Shown piece after piece: positions 49,400 to 63,142 of a DNA stretch of 64,000 bases; the stretch's first letter is position 1; every line of letters starts with the position of its first letter. Where the stretch lies: the NCBI RefSeq assembly GCF_035084215.1, contig NC_090325.1, positions 186,000,001 to 186,064,000 on the forward strand, in the 5' to 3' direction. The position numbers and the translations under genes were made by a program. Source of the DNA: Heptranchias perlo (lineage: Eukaryota). The notes beneath the pieces are model-generated. The model was not told the origin of the DNA and did no database searches. It worked only from the letters and a program-made list of their open reading frames with translations.

Positions 49400-49770
49400 A
49401 CTTAGACTCGAGCACATAACCTAGGTTAACATGTCAGTGCAGCACTGAGGGAGAGCTACATTGTCAGAGGCGCCGTCTTTCGTTAATCCAAGGCCTCTCG
49501 GGTGGACGTAACAGATCCCATGGCACTATTTCGAAGAAGAGCCGAGCAGTTCTCCCGGTGTCCTGGCCAGCATTTATCCCTCACCCAACATGACCAAAAC
49601 AGGTGAATTGGTTATGTAACTGTTACTGGGATCTTGCTGTGTGGAATTTCAGCTGCCGCATTTCCCTATATCACGACAGTGACTACACTTCAGAAGTCAT
49701 CTCATTGGCTGTAATGTACTTTGGGACATCCTGGGGGCTTGGCAGTTGTTGTATAAATGCATCATTCTTT
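49400..49770 (+). mobile_element. DeuSINE, 5'-truncated and diverged
   Basis: gatcccatggcactatttcgaagaagagc...gtgactacacttcagaag. Confidence 0.8.
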
Positions 49771-50329
49771 CTTTCTTGAGACTCCAAGTTTAGGGACGAG
49801 GGCAAAATGAAGGGTCTTCAGAAAAACATGTCCGACCTTTGGCCCGAAAGCCCCTCCCCCAAAATCCCTGGCATCCAGCGATGCGCGACACCAAGGGAGA
49901 GCTGCAAATGGCCCACCCCTTCTTTATGCAAGTGACCTGATCCGTCGGGATTTGCGATGGGATGGCTGGAAGTCCTGCCCTGTCGAACTACCGACAGGGG
50001 AATGAGGCGCAAGGAATTTCTGGCCCCACATCCCTCCTAGTTTTGTGCATTTTCAACCCAGCACCACTTTCAAGGACCTATTTAATCTTCCCTATCTCTA
50101 CCTTGCGGGAATTTAGCAGAAGGAAGTGTTTAAAATGCCCTTTTAGGAATATATAAAAACATACGATAAAAAGACAGTCAGCTCTTTTTTTCTGATGGAG
50201 CATAGATTGTGGTGAATTACAATTCTTCTGCTGCTGATGGCTCACAGCGCCTCATGGATGGACGTGCCTTAGTCGTGTCCAACGTCCATGCCTAGGTCAC
50301 AGCTGAGTAGTTCCTCCAGTTTTATTCTC

Positions 50330-50655
50330 CTAGCAGTTTGATACAACCGAGTGGCTTGTGCGGTCACTTCAGAGGGCAGTTAGGAGACAACCACGTTGGT
50401 GTGGGACTGGAGTCACATATAGGCCCAGACCGGGTAAGGGCAGCAGGTTTCCTTCCCTAAAAGACATTTGTGAATCAGTTCACTAATCCGACAGCTTCAT
50501 GGTCACTTTTACAGATACCAGCTTTTTATTCGGTTTGTTTTTGTTTCAAACTGAATTGAAATTCTCAAACTACCATGGTGGGATTTGAACTCACGTTCAT
50601 CTGGATCATTAATCCAGGCCTTTGGTTTATTAGCCCAGTAACATAACCACTACAC
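50330..50655 (-). mobile_element. SINE family B
   Basis: Matches 34775-35065. Confidence 0.8.
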
Positions 50656-51129
50656 TTCCCCATTCCCTTATGGAAGCATAACCTGTTTCCTCTCCCCACA
50701 GACCTGTATTTTATGTATTTACTTCAGATTCCCAATATCTTCCGTTACTCCATTTAATTTTTCCGTTTGATTTACTGTGGCTTCTCCTCCAGGAATGCTG
50801 TGAAGGAATTCTGTTCTTCTCCTCGTGATTTCTGTTTGTCTCTTTCGTACTGTTCACCTCCATTATTAATTCTCATCCTATTCGTCCTGTGCCTGTATTT
50901 GCTAGGATCAGCTTTTACAGCCATATCTCCTTCTTTTTAGGCTAAATACCTCGCCTCGTGTGTATTTCACAGACATCAGTAAAGCAGGTGAAACAAGGAC
51001 CTTGCATTCGATTTTCCTAAATAATCGTGTGCACAAGTTGCAATAAAGATCATTGCCAGATTTTATTTAATCAGACAAACATTTGTTAATCTCTTAACAT
51101 CCAGAAAATTTGAGCAATGCTCCCAGTAA

Positions 51130-51543
51130 GAAGAAAGAACTTGCATTTATACAGCGCCTTTCACAATCTCAGGACGTCCCAAAGCACTTTACAGCCAATT
51201 AAGTACTTTTGAAGTGTAGCCAATTTGCGCACAGCAAGGTTGCACAAATAGCAATGAGATAATGACCAGAAAATCTGTTTTAGTGATGCTGGTTGAGGGA
51301 TAAATATCAGCCAGAACACCTTCGCTGCTCTTCTTTGAAATAGTGCCATGGGATCTTTTACGTACACCTGAGAGGGCAGAGTCCAGCTTCTCACCTGAAA
51401 GACAGCAACTCCGACAGTGTAGCACTCCCTCAGTACTGCACTGGACTGTCAGCCTAGATTATGTGCCCAAGTCTCTGCAGTGGGACTTGAACCCACAACC
51501 TTCTGACTCAGAGCTGAGAATGCTACCGCTGAGCCACAGCTGA
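51130..51543 (-). mobile_element. DeuSINE
   Basis: Antisense head, core and tail. Confidence 0.85.
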
Positions 51544-52014
51544 GACAGGTACACACAATCTGATGCGTTTTCCAAGCAACAATGTCTGGATATATTTATT
51601 AATGCCAACATTTATCCATTTGAATTGCTTCTGTGTTTTCAACTGGGAGCAATCCTTCACCCAAGGCATAACCCAAGACATACAACCAATCCCACTTATT
51701 CTGAAGTTTGAATAAAATGGGCAGCGCACGGTGGCAATAAAGAAGCTGCATTGAATTCAATTCTGGGGCTACGATCTCTCGGTTGCCCACAGGAAAAGCC
51801 ACTCTTTTTGACTCAGCAGGTGTTGGCATCACCATGGCCAGATGCCAGCTTGCCCACCATGCGGTTGCTGACTAGGGATCTCAGGCCCTCGGGATGAAAT
51901 CAGGAAGTTTAGTGAACTGCACAAAGGTACAGTCAACAGTAAAGAAAGAAAAGAGACAGCAGCAATGGGCACCAAGCGAGCAGCAGGGGGCAATGGGATT
52001 AGGGAAGGGAGAGA

Positions 52015-52600
52015 GAGCAGTACTGGGCACCAGGATTGGGCAGGGGGAGAGTGCAGCAGTAGTGGGCACCAGGATTGGGCAGGAGGAGAGTGCAGCAATA
52101 GTGGGTACCAGGATTGGGCAGGAGGAGAGTGCAGCAGTAGTGGGCACCAGGATTGGGCAGGGGAGAGGGACAGCAGCAGTGGGCACCAGGATTGGGCAGG
52201 GGAGAGGGACAGCAGTAGTGGGCACCAGGATTGGGCAGGGGAGAGGGACAGCAGCAGTGGGCACCAGGATTGGGCAGGGGAAAAGGAGAGCAGCAGTGGG
52301 CACCAGGATTGGGCAGGAGGAGAGTGCAGCAATAGTGGACACCTGGATTGAGCAGGGGAGATGGAGAGCAGTAGTGGGCACCAGGATTGGGCAGGGGAGA
52401 GGGAGAGCAGCAGTGGGCACCAGGATTGGGCAGGGGAGAGGGAGAGCAGCAGTGGGCACCAGGATTGGGCAGGGGAGAGGGAGAGCAGCAGTGGGCACCA
52501 GGATTGGGCAGGGGAGAGGGAGAGCAGCAGTGGGCACCAGGATTGGGCAGGGGAGAGGGAGAGCAGCAGTGGACACCAGGATTGGGCAGGAAGAGAGTTC
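52015..52600 (+). repeat. 39-bp minisatellite, 15 units
   Basis: The anchor gggcaccaggattgggcag recurs every 39 bp from 52025 to 52571. Confidence 0.95.
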
Positions 52601-53089
52601 AGCACTCTCTTGCATCTGGAGTTGAAAAGATGAAGAGTAGCAGTGGAAGCCAGGGCTTAGGAGGGAGCAGAGGTGGCCATTCGGATGGAACTGTAGGTCC
52701 TTCTTTTTCTTCAGAGCTGGATCTCCCTTCTGCCTCACTTTAATCACCAGAGCTCCACAAGATATACTTTATTTGGACTTACAGAATGCTTTGAACAAAT
52801 ATCACAGGAAAGACTTTGAATCAAACAATAATCTAATTGAGGAGCGAATGCATCTAATCAACTGATGAGAGCGAAGCCTGAGCAGTTAATATAACCTAGG
52901 CTTGAATTTCCAAGGTCACGCTGCAGATTTCAGCTCACTCCCTGCCCATTGCTGCTTCTGGGCAATCAACGTGGCAACATTCACTTGTACGTTCTATTCT
53001 ATTTTTGAGTTTGGTTTGCTGTCCTTCATGCACATTATCCATAAAAGGAAAATAGTGCTTGAAACCAGCAAAAAATGGGTTTCTCCGTC

Positions 53090-53350
53090 ACTGTCCTCTG
53101 TGCATTCCCCACTCCCTCCGCCCCACCCCCCTTTTGGTGGCCGTGCCTTCAGCAGCTTAGGCCCAATGCTTTGGAACTCCCTCCACCTCCTTCTCCTTCT
53201 CTAAGACCCTCTTTAAAACCCACCTCTATGGTCACCCCTCCTAATATCTCCTTCTATGGCTCGCTGTCCATTTTGTCTTTACGTCCCTGTGAAGCACTTT
53301 GGGCCATTTTGTTTTCTCTACATTAAAGGTGCTATTTAAATGCAAGTTGT
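53090..53350 (+). mobile_element. L2 LINE 3' end
   Basis: GGRAFSSLGPMLWNSL and tail aaaggtgctatttaaatgcaagttg. Confidence 0.8.
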
Positions 53351-54570
53351 GGCTGTATAGAGAATTATTAACTTATTGCTGGTAACCGCCAGGCAGTGTA
53401 TAATGAAAGGGTCAATACTTCGAAATATCTGTGAGAGTGTGACCATTTCCCTTGGAATTGTCCCCTTATGAATGCACAAAGGAAGCACTGTGAAAGAATT
53501 TGCATTTATATCAAAAGTCATTAATCCAGCTTCACCTCTTTGCGCGACGGGTTTGATCATTTTAATTTGAGATTTCCCCATTAATCGGGGAAAAGCATGA
53601 ATATTTCATCTGAATTTTAATGGGAACAAGTCATCATGTCCAAGTGTTGTTCATTCAGTGATTTAAAGTAACACGTTTTGTAATAGTTTTGCTGCAACAA
53701 CACTATGTCTCCTTGGGTTAGCCCAGCACACTCTGAAACACCAGACAAGAAAGCTGCTACTTCATTACACTCAGGGAATTGCTGAACTCCAGTTCGGTAT
53801 AAATATTTAAATAGAGTCGATCCTGTTCAAAGCTTTGGAATCAAAGCCCAGCGAGAAAGCCAAGGTCATGGAACTGGCAATTAGAATTACCTTGTGCTTC
53901 TGTGTGATAGAAATCAAAGTGATATCAGAAGGTATTATCATCAAGCTTTTATAAAGTACTATCACCTCTCCCCACAGCAAACATCCACCGAACCTCTGAA
54001 AAATGCAATCTTTCCCACAGTTCATCTTAATTGGAAAACAAACAATATGGTGCAATATCCAAATGTCATTGTGCTGGGCCAGGATATAAACTGCTTCATT
54101 TTTTTTTAAATGGCTTTTATCATTTGAGAAATGCCAGTGATAAGAAGGAAAAGTATTTCCTACTTATAGGAGGCAAAATCGGACTTTGTTGCACCCTTTT
54201 TTTAGGCAGAAAATGGGTGCAAGGAGGTCCAATTTAGGGGGCCAAGCTCCCGCGCCCAACAACATCGGAAACATGTCCAACACCATGTTGGTTCGAGCAC
54301 TGCAGAGGCAACCCTGGTGGCCACCTAAAACAGGTGTTGGGCCCCTTGAATATGCTCCTAAGGGGCCTAATATCTGCATTAGGACCCAAACTGGATGTTG
54401 GTTTGCCCTGAAGGCAGCCATCATTGGGCCTGCTGCGTTCAGGGTTACCGGTCTTATAAGTGTCCTTAAAGGGACCGCTGGAGGCCGTCATCAAAAAGGT
54501 AAGTTCTTCTAAAAAACATACTTGCCTGAATGTGGAGAGGCAGAAGTGCTCTCCCGACCCCACATTAAAA

Positions 54571-55293
54571 TTGCGGGATGCTGCTAGCTGTCAGCGACAT
54601 TATCGTACGAATGCTCAATGTTCATATTAAATTTGCCTTCCCACCTTTTTGACGGGGGCTTGAACCCATTTAAAGCACATGTGCAAACACGTTGAATACG
54701 ATTATAGTTACGGTCGCAAAAAAGGACAACGCAACCGCAATAATGATCCATTAATACTTCTCAAGCAGCCCCTCAAATGACAACAAGCAGCGGTAACCCA
54801 GCTGCAGAAGGGTGCTACAGCTTTGCAGAATGGCTACACGGTCATTTTGGAAAGTTTGCCTTTCCCGTGGTGCCCTGCACGACATCCTTGGCAACTTTAT
54901 TATGCAGGAACAGTGGGACCTTTTAGTGAAGGATGGACAGCTCCCACCTACCATGGAGCCAACAATCGTCCCAGAGTGTGTGAGCTCCGCGTCTGCCAAG
55001 AGGCAAGATGTTTGAATGGACAACTTAAAAGAGAGCAAGTAAAGTTGGATACAGGGTTGAACATTAGTCATTATTGTTACAAATATATGCTTGTTAAAAG
55101 CTCCTTGATTTCCGTTATTTCCGCACTTTGTATTATACAGAATGTATTAGAAGATATGTACTGTCTTTTGAATTGTAATAATGGGATCACGTTGTATTGG
55201 TTTGAACTGCATTGCTTGAAATTGTGTCTTTTTACATTGAACTGTGCGTATCTTTAAATTTTATGAAATAAAGTATATTTTGAAATTTAAAAA
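54571..55293 (+). mobile_element. Possible retroposed 3' end (L1/Tx1-like or unknown transcript)
   Basis: Ends in a T-rich tract, AATAAA (55267-55272) and tttaaaaa. It is preceded by ttaaaa at 54565-54570 and truncates a GC-rich repeat. Confidence 0.35.
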
Positions 55294-55331
55294 CAAGTTC
55301 CTTGATTTCCTCTGTTGTAAGCAATATTATT

Positions 55332-55697
55332 AGAATCATAGAACTATACAAGTTAACAGAAAAGAAGGAGGCCATTCAGCCCATCGTGTCCATGCGGGCT
55401 CTTTGTTGGAGCAATTCAAAACTAATCCCACTGCTCCACTTTCTCCCTATAGACCTGTATCGCCCTGGAGCTCTGCTTCAAATATTTATCAATTTTCCCT
55501 TAAAAGAGGCAATGGTCTGTGCCTCAACCAATCCCTGTGGCAAAACATTCCATGCTCCAACCTCTCTCCTCACTCTCTTAGCGATCATTTTAAATTGATG
55601 ATCCCTTATCATTGACTCCCCAGCCAGAGGAAATAGGTCTTTCCCTATTCAGTCTATCAAAACCCTTCATCATTTTAAAACCCTTTATTAAATCTTC
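55332..55697 (-). mobile_element. CR1 LINE 3' fragment
   Basis: Antisense tail agaatcatagaac...ggaggccattcagcccatcg, and tctatcaaaacccttcatcattttaaa (FKMMKGFDR). Confidence 0.8.
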
Positions 55698-56923
55698 TTT
55701 ATAAAAGTACACTCCTGGGCAATAGTTGTGCATTCTTGCAGCCTCTCTCCCATGCTTAAAAACTGAATGGACTTTTCTTCAATCTTCAAAATTTCTCTTT
55801 TAAACCATCTTTCCAAGAAGAATAAGATTTTATTGGCATTGAACTTTAGGGGAAAAAAACATGTCAGAAACTAAAATTTACTGACAAACTTCTGGATACA
55901 GCGGGCAAAGTGATTGAATGATAACAATGGACACTGCCTGAAATATGGATAACAGTCCAATTGAAAGACTTGACCTAAAGACACATTCTTCAGATCGACC
56001 TGTTTATCCTGAATCCCCCAGTTACATATTACTACTTAATTAAAGACTGTGTTTGCAGCTTTAAAACTAAAATTTAGCTTTGATAAAGTCCATTTATACT
56101 CTGGTTAGGATTTGAACTTTGTTTTGTGTTCCCACATTTCCAGTTAAGACTTTCATTGTGGGCAGCTTATGCTGAATGATTAGTTTTACGGCCCCATTGA
56201 ATCACCAAGACAAAAGCCCAGATTAGATTACCAAAGCAATGATATTGAACAGCATTAGTGCTTTGATTGCAGCGGCAATGTAATTAACGTTTTTCAATAC
56301 AGCTGTATCTCTTATTAATGGGTGGAATTCCCAAACTTTAAGTAGCGACAGAACTAGTTTAAGAAATATGCAGGTATCATGCGGATCTCTGACTCGGGAG
56401 GCTAACAGCAGTGACGTAAGAGTGGCACAGAGCTGCCAAGTTCACTTCAATCACTTCACAGTCAATGAAGTACTTTTGAAGTGTAGTCACTGTTGTAATG
56501 TAGGAAACGTGGCAGCCAATTTCCGCACAGCAATGTCCCGCAAATAGCAATGAGAAAAATAAATAGATAATCTGTTTTACTGATGTTGGTTCGAATAGTG
56601 CTTGCTATTTCCTTTTTGTGCCATTAATTCAATTTTCATAGGCACAAAAGGGAAAAGTGACAATAACATTGGTCTAGCTTGAGGTCATATGAAACTGAGT
56701 TTTGTCCCTAGGAGAGCCCAGGCATTTATTCATACATTGATTTGAATGTCCTTTCGCAGAACACCACCAAGGTCTGAAAAATCAAGGCTTCCTTCCAAAG
56801 TCACCCAGCAACAGACGAGAGAAGAGAGTTTCAACATCACCTCAGGCACAACATTGGAACTGACTGAGCTGTACATCGGTTTTTATATATTTTGGGGGAA
56901 AGACAGAAGCTTAGACTGAATCA

Positions 56924-57090
56924 GGGGTCATTTTATCTGTGGGCAAAAAATGGGCGATACTGAATTGGTAGACGGCTTTACACCCTTCCCAATTTTCTTT
57001 CCCACTGAAGTCAAAGGCGGGGTGTAAAATGGGATGCAAATTTGCTGTGGCTCATTTTTTGCCCAACATTAAAAGTTAAAATTACCCCCC
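56924..57090. mobile_element. MITE related to 1204-1325
   Basis: ggggtcattttatct at the left end and aagttaaaattacccc at the right end. Confidence 0.55.
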
Positions 57091-57159
57091 TAAACTGACG
57101 CTAAAACGGAAGAAAAGTTAGTAAAAGAATTTGTTGCTATCTTTTGTGACGTTGCTGTA

Positions 57160-60100
57160 CTGTCAAACAAAATTTGACACCGAGCCACATAGGGAGATAT
57201 TAGGACGGGTGACCCAAAAGCTTGGTCAAAGAGGTAGGTTTTAAGGAGTGTCTTAAAGGAGGAGAGAGAGGTAGAGAATGCTAAAGAGAAATGACAAGGA
57301 AGCAGTGCAGGGAAGTGATTGGGGTAAGGATAACCAGATTGTGTCAGGAAGGAACAGAGCTTACAAACAAAAGAGTGCATTAGCAAAGATGGTCCAGGTA
57401 AGAAAAATGGTAATAAGACAAATAGGGCCATAGTACAAAAAAATGTTAAGATGTCTAAAAATGTTAAAAAGACAAATCTAAAAGGCACTGTATCTGAATG
57501 CACGAAGCATTCGTAATAAGGTAGACGAATTAACAGCGCAAATAGATGTAAACAGATCCGATATAATTGCGATTACAGAGACGTGGCTGCAGGGTGACCA
57601 AGGCTGGAAGCTGAATATCCAAGGGTATTCGATATTTAGGAAGGACAGGCAAAAAGGAAAAGGAGGTAGGGTGGCTTTGTTAGTAAAGGATGAAATCAGA
57701 GCAATAGTGAGAAAGGATATTGGCTCAGAAAATCAAGATGTAGAATCAGTCTGAGTGGAGTTAAGAAGCAGCAAGGGGCAGAAAACACTGGTGGGAGTTG
57801 TCTATAGCCTCCAAACAGTAGCGGTAATGTAGGGGACGGCATCAAACAGGAAATTAGAGATGCATGTTACAAGGGTACTACAGTAATCATGGGTGACTTT
57901 AATCTACATATAGACTGGCCAAACCAAATTAGCAATAATACTGTGGAGGATGAATTCCTGGAGTGTGTACGAGATGGTTTTTTTAGACCAGTACGTTGAG
58001 GAGCCAACTAGGGAACAGGCTATCCTAGATTGGATATTGTGCAATGAGAAGGAGTTAATTGATAATCTTCTTGTGCGGAATCCTTTAGGGAAGAGTGACC
58101 ATAACATGATAGAATTCTTCATTAAAATGGAAAGTGAAGTAGTCCATTCCAAAACTAGGGTCCTAAATCTAAACAAAGGAAACTATGAGGGTATGAGGAG
58201 TGAGTTGGCTATGATAGATTGTGGAGCTTCATTAAAAGGCATGACGGTGGATAGGCAATGGCTAACATTTAAGAAACGAATGGACGAATTGCAAGTTATA
58301 CATTCCTTTCTGGTGCAAAAACACAAAAGGAAAAGCAGCCCAATCATGGCTAACAAAAGAAATTCAGGATAGTATTAGATCCAAAGAGGAGTCATATAAA
58401 GTTGCCAGAAAAAGTAGCAAGCCTGAGGATTGGGAGTAATTTAGAATTCAACAAAAAAGGACCAAGAGATCGATTAAGAGGGGAAAAGTAGAGTATGAGA
58501 ATAACTTGCAAGGAACATAAAAGTGGACTGTAAAAGCTTCCACAAGTACGTAAAAAGAAAAAGATTAGTGAAGACAAATGTAGGTCCCTTACAGTCAGAA
58601 ATGGGAGAATTTATAATGGGGAACAAGGAAATGGCAGAGCAATTAAACAAATACTTTGGTTCTGTCTTCACGGAAGAGGACACAAATAACTTCCCAGAAA
58701 TGCTAGGGAATCAAGGGTCTAGTGAGAAGAAGGAATTAAAGGAAATTAGTATTTGTAAAAAAAAGTGCTGGAGAAATTAATGGGACTGAAAGCCGATAAA
58801 TTCCCAGGGCCTGATAATCTGCATCCCAGAGTAGTAAAAGAGGTAGCCATGGAAATAGTGGATGCATTGGTTGTCATCTTCCAAAATTCTATAGATTATT
58901 GAACATTTCCTGCAGATTGGATGGTGCCAAATGTAACCCCACTATTTAAAAAAGGAGGGAGAGAGAAAACAGGGAACTACAGACCGGTTAGCCTAACATC
59001 AGTAGTAGGGAAAATGCTAGAGTCTATTATAAAGGATGTGATAACAGGACACTTAGAAAATATCAACAGGATTAGGCAAAGTCAACATGGATTTATGAAA
59101 AGGAAATCATGTTTGACAAACCTACTGGAGTTTTTTGAGGAAGTAACTGGTAGAATAGATAAGGGAGAACCAGTGGATGTGGTGTATTTGGATTTTCAGA
59201 AGGCCTTTGATAAAGTCCCACGTAAGAGGTTAGTGTGCAAAATTAAAGCATATGGGATTGGGGGTAATATACTGGCATGGATTGAAAATTGGTTAACAGA
59301 CAGGAAACAGAGAGTAGGAATAAATGGGACTTTTTCAGGGTGGCAGGCGGTGACTAGTGGGGTACCGCAGGGATCAGTGCTTGGGCCCCAGCTATTCACA
59401 ATATATATTAATGATTTGAATGAAGGAACCAAATGTAATATTTCCAAGCTTGCTGACGATACAAAACTAGGTGGGATTGTGAGTTGTGAGGAGGATGCAA
59501 AGAGGCTTCAAGGCGATTTAGACAAGTTGAGTGAGTGGGTGAATACATGGTAGATGCAGTATAACGTGGATATATATGAAGTTATCCACTTTGGAAGGAA
59601 AAACAGAAAGGCAGAGTATTATTTAAATGGTGATAGATTGGGAAATGTTGATGTACAAAGGGAACTGGGTGTCCTTGTACACCAGTCACTGAAAGCAAAC
59701 ATGCAGGTGCAGCAAGTAGTTAGGAAGGCAAATGATATGTTGGCCTTCATTGCCAGAGGATTTGAGTACAGGAGCAAGGCCTTGGTGAGACCACACCTGG
59801 AGTATTGTGTGCAGTTTTAGTCTCCTCACCTAAGAAAGGATATACTTGCCATAGAGGGAGTGCAGCGAAGGTTCACCAGACTGATTCCTGGGATGGCAGG
59901 ACTGTCGTACGAGGAGAGATTGGGTCGACTCGGCCTGTATTCACTAGAGTTTAGAAGAATGAGAGGGGATCTCGTTGAAACGTATAAAATTCTGACAGAG
60001 CTAGACAGACTGGATGCAGGGAGGACGTTTCCTCTGGCTGGGGGTCCAGATCGAGGGGTCACAATCTCAAGATACGGGGTAGGACATTTAGGACTGAGAT

Positions 60101-60480
60101 GAGGAGAAATTTCTTCAATCAGAGGGTGGTGAACCTGTGGAATTCTCTACCACAGAAGGCTGTGGATGCCAAGTCACTGAATATATTTAAGAGGAGATGG
60201 ATAGATTCCTAGACACAAAAGGCATCAAGGGGTATGGGGGGAGAGCGGGAATATGGTATCGAGATAGAAGATCAGCCATGGTCATATTGAATGGCGGAGC
60301 AGGCTCGAAGGGTCGAATGGCCTACTCCTGTTCCTATTTTCTATGTTTCTATGAGAAGTTTAGGGAGGGAATTCCAGAGTTTAGGGTCTGGCAGCTGAAG
60401 GCACTGCCGCCAATGGTGGGGGCAAAGAAAATCGGGGATACAGAAGAGGCCAGAATTGGAGGAACGCAGAGATCTCTGAG
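57160..60480 (-). mobile_element. L2 3' fragment split by the CR1 (57160-57277 and 60355-60480)
   Basis: The two halves join to match the uninterrupted copy at 61405-61640. Confidence 0.8.
57278..60354 (+). mobile_element. CR1 LINE with essentially complete but degenerate ORF2 (APE endonuclease plus RT)
   Basis: ALYLNARSIRNKVDEL...IIAITETWL, IMGDFN, LGKSDHNMI, NYRPVSLTS, VPQGSVLGP, ADDTK, and a 3' tail ttctatgtttctatg. Several stops and frameshifts. Confidence 0.95.
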
Positions 60481-61327
60481 GGTACCCACACAAAAGTAAG
60501 AGAAGCATGTAAAAATACACCTTATGGACACTTACAGCTAAATAGTACAGCTGAATGAAGTTCTCCAGTTCTCTCTAAGGGAGCATGGGGTTCTGGAGTC
60601 TGCATTTATTCCTCACTTCAAACACTGTCAGTTATTTAGAGGGACAAGTTCTGTTTTTGGCAGGTCATTTTTCAGGCAAGCTTGACTCCTTCAATCCATA
60701 CCACGTCGATACATATTAGTATCCAGGCACAATGTTCCAATCTGGAAAGCTCCGAGAGAATGATGCAAACAGAAAGCAGAGTTGGCAGCAACACTTTAAG
60801 TGAGATGAACTGGCATGTCACTCTGCTAATTATTCTAATACATCCAGGTTTTAGAAATCTTTTGTGTGATGTGATTTACTGACACAACCACAACTTTACC
60901 ATCTGCAGCAGTGAAAAATTGCTGAAAAACATGGTAATTGTCTTTACAAATATCGTTTAAAAAAGACCATTAAGACACTTATTTTACCAACTAATAAAAA
61001 GAAATATAGATGGGAAACAGCAGAATGCTTTGTTGTTCTTGACAGAATAACCTGATAAATCAGTGATTCCATTGTGACTAAGATATAAAGTGTAATTAAT
61101 TGGGTATTACATTATCCCTTCCTCCCCACTTCATCCCCTTTTTATCCATGTACAGTCCGTCAGGATGGTTTTATTTAACTATTGGGATTTCAGCTCTTGA
61201 GGGAAATCCCTTCCAATGTATCACGGGAGCTTCAAACAAAGCTTCACCAATAACCCTTGGCAGCAATGAAGTATCACATTTCCCTGAGCTGCTTCAGCCC
61301 CAGATATTACTTCTCTCATGAACGGAT

Positions 61328-61642
61328 CAACAACAACAACTTGCATTTATATAGCGCCTTTAACGTCCCAAGTAAAACGTTCCAAGGCACTTCACAGGAG
61401 CGTTATCAAACAAAATTTGGCACCGAGCCACATAAAGAACTATTTGGACAGGTGACCAAAAGCTTGGTCAAAGAGGCAGGTTTTAAGGAGCATCTTAAAG
61501 GAGGAGAGAGGGGGTGGAGAGGCGGAGAGGTTTAGGGAGGGAATTCCAGAGCTTAGGGCCTAGGTAGCTGAAGGCATGGCCGCCAATGGTGGAGTGATTA
61601 AAATCGGGGATGCGCATGAGGCAAGAATCGGAGGAGTGCAGA
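61328..61642 (-). mobile_element. L2 LINE 3' end
   Basis: Antisense STIGGHAFSYLGPKLWNSLP and a (caa)n tail. Confidence 0.85.
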
Positions 61643-63142
61643 CAATATTTAGGTAACTGCCCAATACAAACTCCAGAAAATTGTAACATTTTTGCTAAGT
61701 GTTCACTGGTAGAGAGCTTGCTTGTGCTGCTCCAATTCCACAGGAGCAGCAATCATTCTGGTCCTGCTGCTGCAATGTACTGTACCTGAATTTGGCAGAT
61801 TTATAGCAATGGCCAGGGAGGAGAGAGTCATTTCAGCCACAATGTTATCGCACTGTGATGAATTTCATATCACACTGGACCTTGATAGTGTCTTATCTTA
61901 CAGGACTTGTCAAATTGTAAGTGTTCAGCCTGAACATACACAGACAGATGGAGAGAAAGTAAAAGATAATTCTGAGCATGATCAGATCAGCAGGATAATG
62001 TCTTGTTGGTAAAGTAAGTGGAACTGAGTTTTATTGCACGAATGCGGAATTTATATTTTCGCATTCTGGAAGTCACAAGTCTCTCCAATATCTTTCCACT
62101 TGGAACTTTGAAACAATTCTGTTCCCTTGTCATTGACTCACAATATAACATGACGGGGTCTAAAGTACAAACAACAAGGAATGTTATCTTCACACTGTGT
62201 CACTCCAACTTCTCTGTATGGAGGAACCAAAGGTACATTCCATTTTATGTATAATAAACACAAAATATTGTAAGAAGTGTTTCTGTAATAAGACGTTTTC
62301 CCCCCACTTATGATGCTGTCAGTTTGGTGTGAATTATCAGGTTGGGCCATTTGTGAAATTATTAAAATATATTCTCCCTCCCCATCCTGTACACTCTCCC
62401 TCCAGTAGACATGAACAGACTCATACTGGTTCAATAATAATAATTGGTTAAAAAAGTATAATGAAGATCTTCCTCACAGAAATAGTTCCAGCTAGGATAG
62501 TGGAGGCAAAAATCCTTACATTCTTTAAGAGACAGTTAGATGCTGTATGTGGGGGGGGGGGATGGGGGAATTGTAGGATATTTCTGGATGGATAGGTCAA
62601 ATAGCCTTCCTTATCTTGTGAGCCTAGGGCTGGTTTCCTGATCGGATGTACCCAGTGCGGAGTGTGGTTTCCAGGGAGCATTGCTCAGGAAATCTTAGGC
62701 CCACAGCCCCCTTTAAACCAGTGTGCCATGCCAGCCCTGCTCCTGACCGGAAGCGGCCGATCGGGGAATGTACCCTCTTGCATCGTCCCAACGTCCAAGT
62801 CAACATTTTTCCTTCAAGCAACACCAGTAAAATGGATGAATTGATTAGTCATTGCATTGGTCTTTGTGGGATTGTGTTACTTACAAAATGCTGCCACATC
62901 TTTGCCTACATACTGACAATTACTGCAAGTGAAGGGCTTTGACGTGTCTGAGAGAGGGAGTAAGCAACTCTACAAACACAAGGCTTTCTTTTTTCCCTTA
63001 GCAATTTAAAATGACCCATGACCTTTTCTTAAAAAAATAATTGAGTCTTATTTCACACGTGAAGTGAAACAAAATGGATTAAATGTAAGCTGCGTTTCAG
63101 TGAGAATGAGCCTGCCCACTTTACTGAAAGAATTCATTAAAA

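Noticed and set aside
52015-52600. Regularly spaced repeats as a possible CRISPR array
   Set aside because: The sequence between anchors is itself repeated, so there are no unique spacers. There are no cas genes and the context is vertebrate.
51829-52747. Long ORFs of 243-288 aa as host genes
   Set aside because: They arise from a stop-poor 39-bp tandem repeat and are open on both strands, with no non-repeat domain.
61722-62434. Cluster of short ORFs on both strands
   Set aside because: No recognisable homology or consistent splice structure; lengths are compatible with chance when alternative start codons are allowed.
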